NCBI GenBank assembly: GCA_029717555.1
Contig: JAMDHS010000026.1
Span: forward strand, 124,001 to 188,000
Direction: 5' to 3'
DNA from: Peribolospora baueri
Taxonomy: Eukaryota
DNA length: 64,000 nt
Positions within the stretch are counted from its first letter, which is position 1. Every line of letters begins with the position of its first letter. Under the pieces are notes generated by a model, which did not search any database, was not told the origin of the DNA, and was given only the letters and a program-made list of their open reading frames with translations. The position numbers and the translations under genes are program-made. This document shows, piece after piece, positions 58,372 through 64,000 of this stretch.

Positions 58372-61300
58372 TCAAGGTCTCCGCACCTCGACTTTGCGGA
58401 TTAGGCCCTGCCCGAGCTTCTCCATATCCGCCAAAATGCTCTTCACAGTCATTTCTTCGCTACCCTGTTGCTTCGCCTTCTTTCCCTTGCTCGTGCCCTT
58501 CTCCTTCGGCTCCAGGAAGCTCGGGTTCCAGAGGCCCCCGATGACCGTGCCGCCGTGCTCGTCGTGGAAAAGCGCGAGTGCACTGGAGTATTTGCTCCGA
58601 ACGAGGTCCACGAATTCCGACGCCGGATCAAAGTCGAGGCGAATCTCTTCGCCATAAACCGAGTCAGATTGGCTCGCCAGCTTTCCCTTTCGACCTTGAC
58701 CTTTGACATCGCCCTCCCAGACGGCGGGATCCGGGGAAAGGTTTTGCACATAACGGGGAAGCACTGAAAGGAAAAGATGAATGACAAAATCGAATGCGTC
58801 TAAAGGGCTCGTGAAGAGCGACTGCGAATTGTGCGCGGCGAACGCGTTAAGCGACCGATCAGCGCAGTTCTCCTCCCGCTCGGTCCAGAAGCGTCCAAAC
58901 TCACCTGTACGTGTAGTTCTCCGCTCTCCACACCGTTGTCCATGGCCACGACGGTAGCCTTAGCGAGCTGAGATGTCCTGTTTGCGATCATGAAATTCGG
59001 GTCGAACGCCCACATCTGCCCCTCTGGATCATGCTCCGTCGCAACGAAGAAGGCCCGATGAGACAGGGCCGGATCGGAAGAACGGGAAAAGGAAAAGGCG
59101 CTCATGCTCCGTTGCCTTTCGGCAAGAGGGAAGAACACGCGGCTACCAATCGTCTCCGCACCGGCGGCGGAATAAAGTGGTACGAGGAGAGGCTCGTCCT
59201 TCCATCGCCAACTCGCCAGCAAGCGCATCGTTCGGGCGAAGCCTGCCGAACCGGTTGAAGGAGGCGGGCAGGCGCCCGGCTCCAAATACACGCTGGCGCA
59301 GATGAGCTCTATGAGTTCCGCAGGGACGTGTGAAGACAGAAGGTGGGCGGCGAGCCATCTTCGAACCAGCCGGACGGTCTGCGAGAGGGACGGGTGGCGG
59401 TGTTGCAAGGCAGCGATGGCTGCGTGATGTCGAGGGCGTTCCTCGAACCGTCGCTCGTACCGAGTCAGAACCGCTTGTGCCTCCTTCCGCTTGCCGGTGG
59501 TCGTCCCCTTCTTGTCAAGGATGATACGCTCCAGCAGTGTCCTTTCGCGGTCGTGATAGATGCGGGCGCGAAAGGCGAAACCGGCAGGGAGGATGATCTC
59601 CAACGCGCAAGCGTCTTGGATCGCGCTCCTATTGGCGTCGAGGTCGAGAGCTACGACCGCCAGCGACCCTTCCACCTTGTCCATTACCAACCGGGCCATT
59701 TTCTCAAAAAAGGCGGCCTTCATTTTCTGGATCATCTCAAGGTCGTCCGGCCAGTGGCCCGAACTCTCGAAAGTGAGGACAATGTCATGAGCCGGAGTGT
59801 ACTTGGCACAATCCGGCACGAGCGTCCCGAAAGCGTCAAAGTTCATGGCGGGGGGGACAAAGACGCTGGTGAATCGGAGGGCATCCGCCGCCGGAGCGAT
59901 ATTAACCAGGCCGAGCGGCAAATCCTCGCTGAGGGCCTTGAGCTGCCGAACGAGATAATCGTAGACGGTCATAACGGTGTGAAAGCCCTTTTCCTCAGGA
60001 TCTGCCAGGTACGCTCGACTCCGGATGGATTTAGGCACTTCAAGGAGCCCAGCAAATCCGCCAGAGAAGAAGGAAACGCGTTCACCGCGAATGGCGAAAT
60101 GATGGCCGAGGATGTGGCGGACGATGAGCTCCGGAACTCGAGTGCGGTCTGTCGGTCGGTCCACGTCCCATACGACGCTCTCGACGATCTTGCCATCCTT
60201 GAACCGACGTAATTCAGACTTTGGGCCCCATAGTTCCCGAAAGGAAGCGGCAGCGTCCTCGTCCTCTGGCGAAGGGCCATGGTCGACCAGACGGAAGGCC
60301 TGTTCGACGTCGAGATACGCCCCCAATGCGACGACAACCTCGTCTCCGCTGGACGCAGCAGAAGGTCTCGTTGCTGATGTTGACCATGGCGTCAAATAAT
60401 CGTCAGTCGAGGGCAGCAGCACTGAAGCGACTGTTGCCCGATTCCCGAGTGCTCTTCGCACTAAGCTCGAGACATTGAAGATGGTGTGCTGCGTCGATGA
60501 AGACCAGTCCACGCGAGAACCGTCATGCGCATCGCGCTTTGTACTTTGCGAAAACGAGACCCTGTGACATGAGAAAAAAGCGACGGCGGTTAGGATGAGC
60601 AAGCCGTTCGAAAAGTTCGAATGCCTGGCTCCACCCACCTAGCACTGATATCGAAATGCTCGTGACTCGCAGTCAAGTTCTGCAAGAACAGATCGGCAAA
60701 GTGATCGTTATCGTTATCATTCAAAAGCGCAAACGTTTGACGCGCTTCGTGCTGGAGGAGTTCGAACGAGCTGGGAGGAAAGCTGGCCGCGAGATTGACC
60801 GTGCCCGTTGGGTCAACAAAGACAACATCGAATGCGGATGTGAAATCCTCCCGCTGGATCTTCAAGATGGAGCCGGCGACAAAGAAAGAAAATCAGCAAT
60901 CGGCAAGAGTACAGGGGCAAGGGTGGAAGGCTCACTTGGAGTGTGTCGCCGATCATCTTCATGAACACGGGCTGTTCAGCAAAGTTGTGCTCCCCTGAAG
61001 AGCGCACAAGCCGCGGGACGCGAGTAAGATCTGCATCAAGAATGAGACTCGGTCCTGAATTCGTAAGACTTACCAAGGTAATCCATCACTCCCCGGAAAA
61101 GCTGATAGCTACTGAAACCGTTGGCCAGCTTCGGTCGTGATGCGCCCTTGCCAGGTCCCCCGTCCTCGCCCACGAGCAGGTGAGCTAGTACCATGATCAA
61201 GAAGAATCTCGCTCCTTGCATACCGAACACTGTTCGTCTATGTTTTTCGTTCGCGGCAAGGCCGGAACCGAAACCGCGTTGGAACGCCCAGACTTTGAGG

Positions 61301-62478
61301 AGCAACGCCGCATCTGCGAACGCGGGACAAGACTTGGACGCGTTGAAGAGGTAGACGAGGTGAGGTATGTGGAGGGTGTCCATGAGGAGGGAAGTGTTGT
61401 ATCTTGGCGTCGGCGGCTGAGGAACGTCCTCTCCCTCGGAGACACTTCGTCCAGCCAGTCTGACATTGTTGCGCATCGGGCCGAGTCTCGCCGCTGGGAA
61501 GGTGCCATGTTCGACACCCAGATGGATGCGGACACGACACTTGAGCTTGCTAAAGTCTGTGTCAGACTTGTCCTTGACCGGGGTGAGAACAAGGATGGGT
61601 CGGCGTGGGTCAGCGTCAACGAGCTCAAAGGCCGTCTCGACGCCTATAGACTGTGACTTGGTCGTGCGGATCGCGGAGGCGAGGACGGAAAGATAGTAGG
61701 CTCGTTTGTGGAAGTAGCGATAATTTTTATAGTCCTTCTCTTGGAAAATGCTCTGCACATCGAGTACCCGCAGCTCGTGCGTCAGCAAGGGTTTAGGATA
61801 GTAATTTGGAGTAATGGGCTTGCACGGAACCATGTACTCACACTTGGCATGATCACTACCATGTCCACATCAAACCCTGCCGGCCTCTTTGCCGCTGTCT
61901 TGAGGGGCCAACTCCCGATCAGCTGGACGTCCTTTGGCTTCTCGAAAGCAAACTTGTACTTGACGTCCTCGGCCGGGAGGGGGTCGCAGAACGGAATGAC
62001 GACCGAACCTTTCTTCTTCTTGAGCAGCAAATCTCGAGCGGCGGACAGATCTTGTGGCGGTATGGAAGGTAGAGAGTCGAAGAGGGATTTGAGTCGTCGA
62101 AGGACGGTTTCCAGCGCGGTCGCTCTGTCGTACGCAGGACGCACTTCCTTGAGGAGCTCATCGATCTGTGCGCATGAGGGAAAAGGTCACATTGGTGGCA
62201 GATGAGAAGAGCGTCCACTCAGAACAAAAACACTCCATCCTGAAACTTACCTGCAGCTTGAACACGTTGCTCTTGAACAGCTCTCCAGTCTGCTTCAAGC
62301 TTTGCACCTCCTCGTGCGACGGCGGCGCGTAGAGCCCTGTGGTGCCCTTTCCCTTCCTCGACGAGCTCTCCCCAACTCCCCGCTCAGCATTGTTACCGGC
62401 GTTGTCTCTCCCCAGACCAGCAGCCGCCATCTCTTCGTCGTCTAGTCCTCCATCCATGTCGGAAAGCGCGGTCGGCAT
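58372..62478 (-). CDS. UTP22: U3 snoRNA-associated protein 22 (Nrap/NOL6)
   Basis: ELFKSNVFKLQ|IDELLKEVRP, IGSW..KT...VDMVVIMP, FQEKDYKNYRYFHKRAYYL, LLKVWAFQRGF, FSSYQLFR, FVDPTGTVNL, LVDHGP, WGPKSELRRFKDG, FESSGHWPDDL. Start codon uncertain. Confidence 0.93.
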
Positions 62479-64000
62479 GGGAAGATGGCCACACTTGGAT
62501 CGGCGGTGTGAATCTGCTCGAGTTGCTTTTGAGTTCGAGATCGAGGGAAAGACTGCGGCCACCGTTCTGGTTCTCACGGTCGTCGATCACCGAGGTCGGG
62601 ATCGCGTGTGTAGCGGAGAGCCTGAGGATTATCAACATGGCCGTCGACAATCCCCTTTGGTGACAAGGATGGGCGGTTGAAAGACGTCAGGAGGGCCGTC
62701 GAAGCTTGGCGCCTAGTCTATCCAGCGTCTCGGTGGTTGCTTGGAGGGGTTCCTCCATGATGTAGTCTTTTGGTAAGGATGCTTGTCATCGGACCCCTGT
62801 TTTCACTTCTCCGAATCTGGACGACAGATGAAATGATGGAGACGGAGACGCAGGCGAGGCGAGAGGTACCAGGCGACCACGTAGATGAACCCGGTAAGGA
62901 GGACCGAACTTTACGTCGGGAGGAAGTGGTCCAGGCATTCGCGCGAGCACCTCGCCGACACCAACATCGGGTGGGAGAGGCGCATTCCCCGGCTGCGATG
63001 GGAGCCTTCTCGGACACGCCCTTCAGGACCTCGTCATCCGATTTCTGCGTCATGTCCATCTGGCATCCCGCCTCTGTGACTGCTTCTCCCCCGTCAGATC
63101 TGTCGCCTTAAAGACATCGCGCAGTCGAGCAATGCAGGTGCGGACAAGATCATCTTCATCTTACCTGGCTTCCTCCCGGCGCCAACGCGTTGGCAAAGTG
63201 AGCATTCAAGGACCAAGAACTTCCGATCTACTGTGCCTATTCCGAGGTGCGGATCAGGGTATAGACGTTTTGGCTATGATGTGAGCCGGCGTCCTCCTTG
63301 TTCGACTCCTTCCGCGTGGCTCCTGCGATTACGCTCTCTCTTGGAGTGGCTACCAGCGGAATCCAGAAGCCGTCCTCCGTTCGTGCGTACGGTACGTCCA
63401 CTTTGCGAGTGGCCTTGCCAAAACAAAAGTCGGAGATTGGCGCCTGCTGAGCACCCGGAAAACAGTCAGCTGCAGAATCACGCTCGAGACGACAGGCTCC
63501 GTCCGAGAACTTGTGAGCCTACACCTGCTCCAGCTAGCTAGCGAATGGGAAACGACGGTGAACAGAGGGGAAGGTGCTTGTCAACAAAGGAGACGAAAGG
63601 ATGCGCGCGGGTCGGCTTTCGAAGATCTCTCGGCGGATAACGCACTGGGCCTGGACGCACGCCGACGGTTCGAGGCTCCTTTCTCGGCGATACATTGTTT
63701 TAGTTTGTTCTATGGATTGACAGGAAAAGGGCCATGGAGGGAAGCGCGCGCACAGATGCCGGCGTTCTCATGTCGTCGCAGGCGGCTTGCCCCGCGACAA
63801 CAGGTATACCTCGACCATGGGAGACTACATACAGGTAGGCAATGGAGGCGAGCACTGGCACTGGAACGCTCATTGAGAAGAGTGAACTGTCGCTCGCGAT
63901 GTTTCCCGACCAGGGTGGCCGGACTGACGTCCCTTGATAGCCCGACCAACCTCTGGACTCGGCTGTCCGCTTCGGTTTTACGTAGATAGTAACCCACGAT

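Noticed and set aside
59343..60212. Long + strand ORFs opposite UTP22, and similar ones opposite other genes
   Set aside because: Antisense shadow ORFs caused by GC-rich codon usage.
62700..64000. Short ORFs and one minus-strand intron-like segment (~63109-63164)
   Set aside because: All three frames upstream of the putative donor contain nearby stops; no gene can be supported within the window.
1..64000. Functional gene cluster, or stop-codon readthrough to cryptic PTS1 signals
   Set aside because: The genes are unrelated housekeeping functions, and none of the TGA stops I checked has the TGA-CTA readthrough context.

Overview
GC-rich, gene-dense, intron-rich eukaryotic DNA. Short GT-AG introns with CTAAC/CTGAC branch sites and the gene content point to a fungus, most likely a basidiomycete (inference). 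I reconstructed about 20 protein-coding genes by splicing the ORF track by eye: SYM1/Mpv17 (3' end), TPS2, CUE3/ASCC2, GBP2/HRB1, a perilipin-like protein, VMA11, RUD3, GET5, an RNF34/RFFL-like E3 ligase, a metazoan-type 4E-BP, two orphan low-complexity proteins, RAM2, RFA3, a kelch protein, INCENP, an NDUFAF2-like protein, PITHD1, PSF1 and UTP22. Most are in head-to-head pairs. No rRNA, tRNA or CRISPR was recognised. Four things stand out. (1) The 4E-BP has its second TPGG (T46-equivalent) phosphosite on a skippable in-frame 12-nt micro-exon, preceded by an intron with a long-range duplex. (2) A ~1.8 kb CpG-poor insert carries two decayed copies of an unrecognised C-X3-C-X18-C-X4-C domain. 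(3) GBP2 has a long, structured intron with a premature stop. (4) INCENP contains a higher-order SQ/TQ-rich coding repeat. Family assignments come from motif recognition, not database searches, and exon boundaries are manual.
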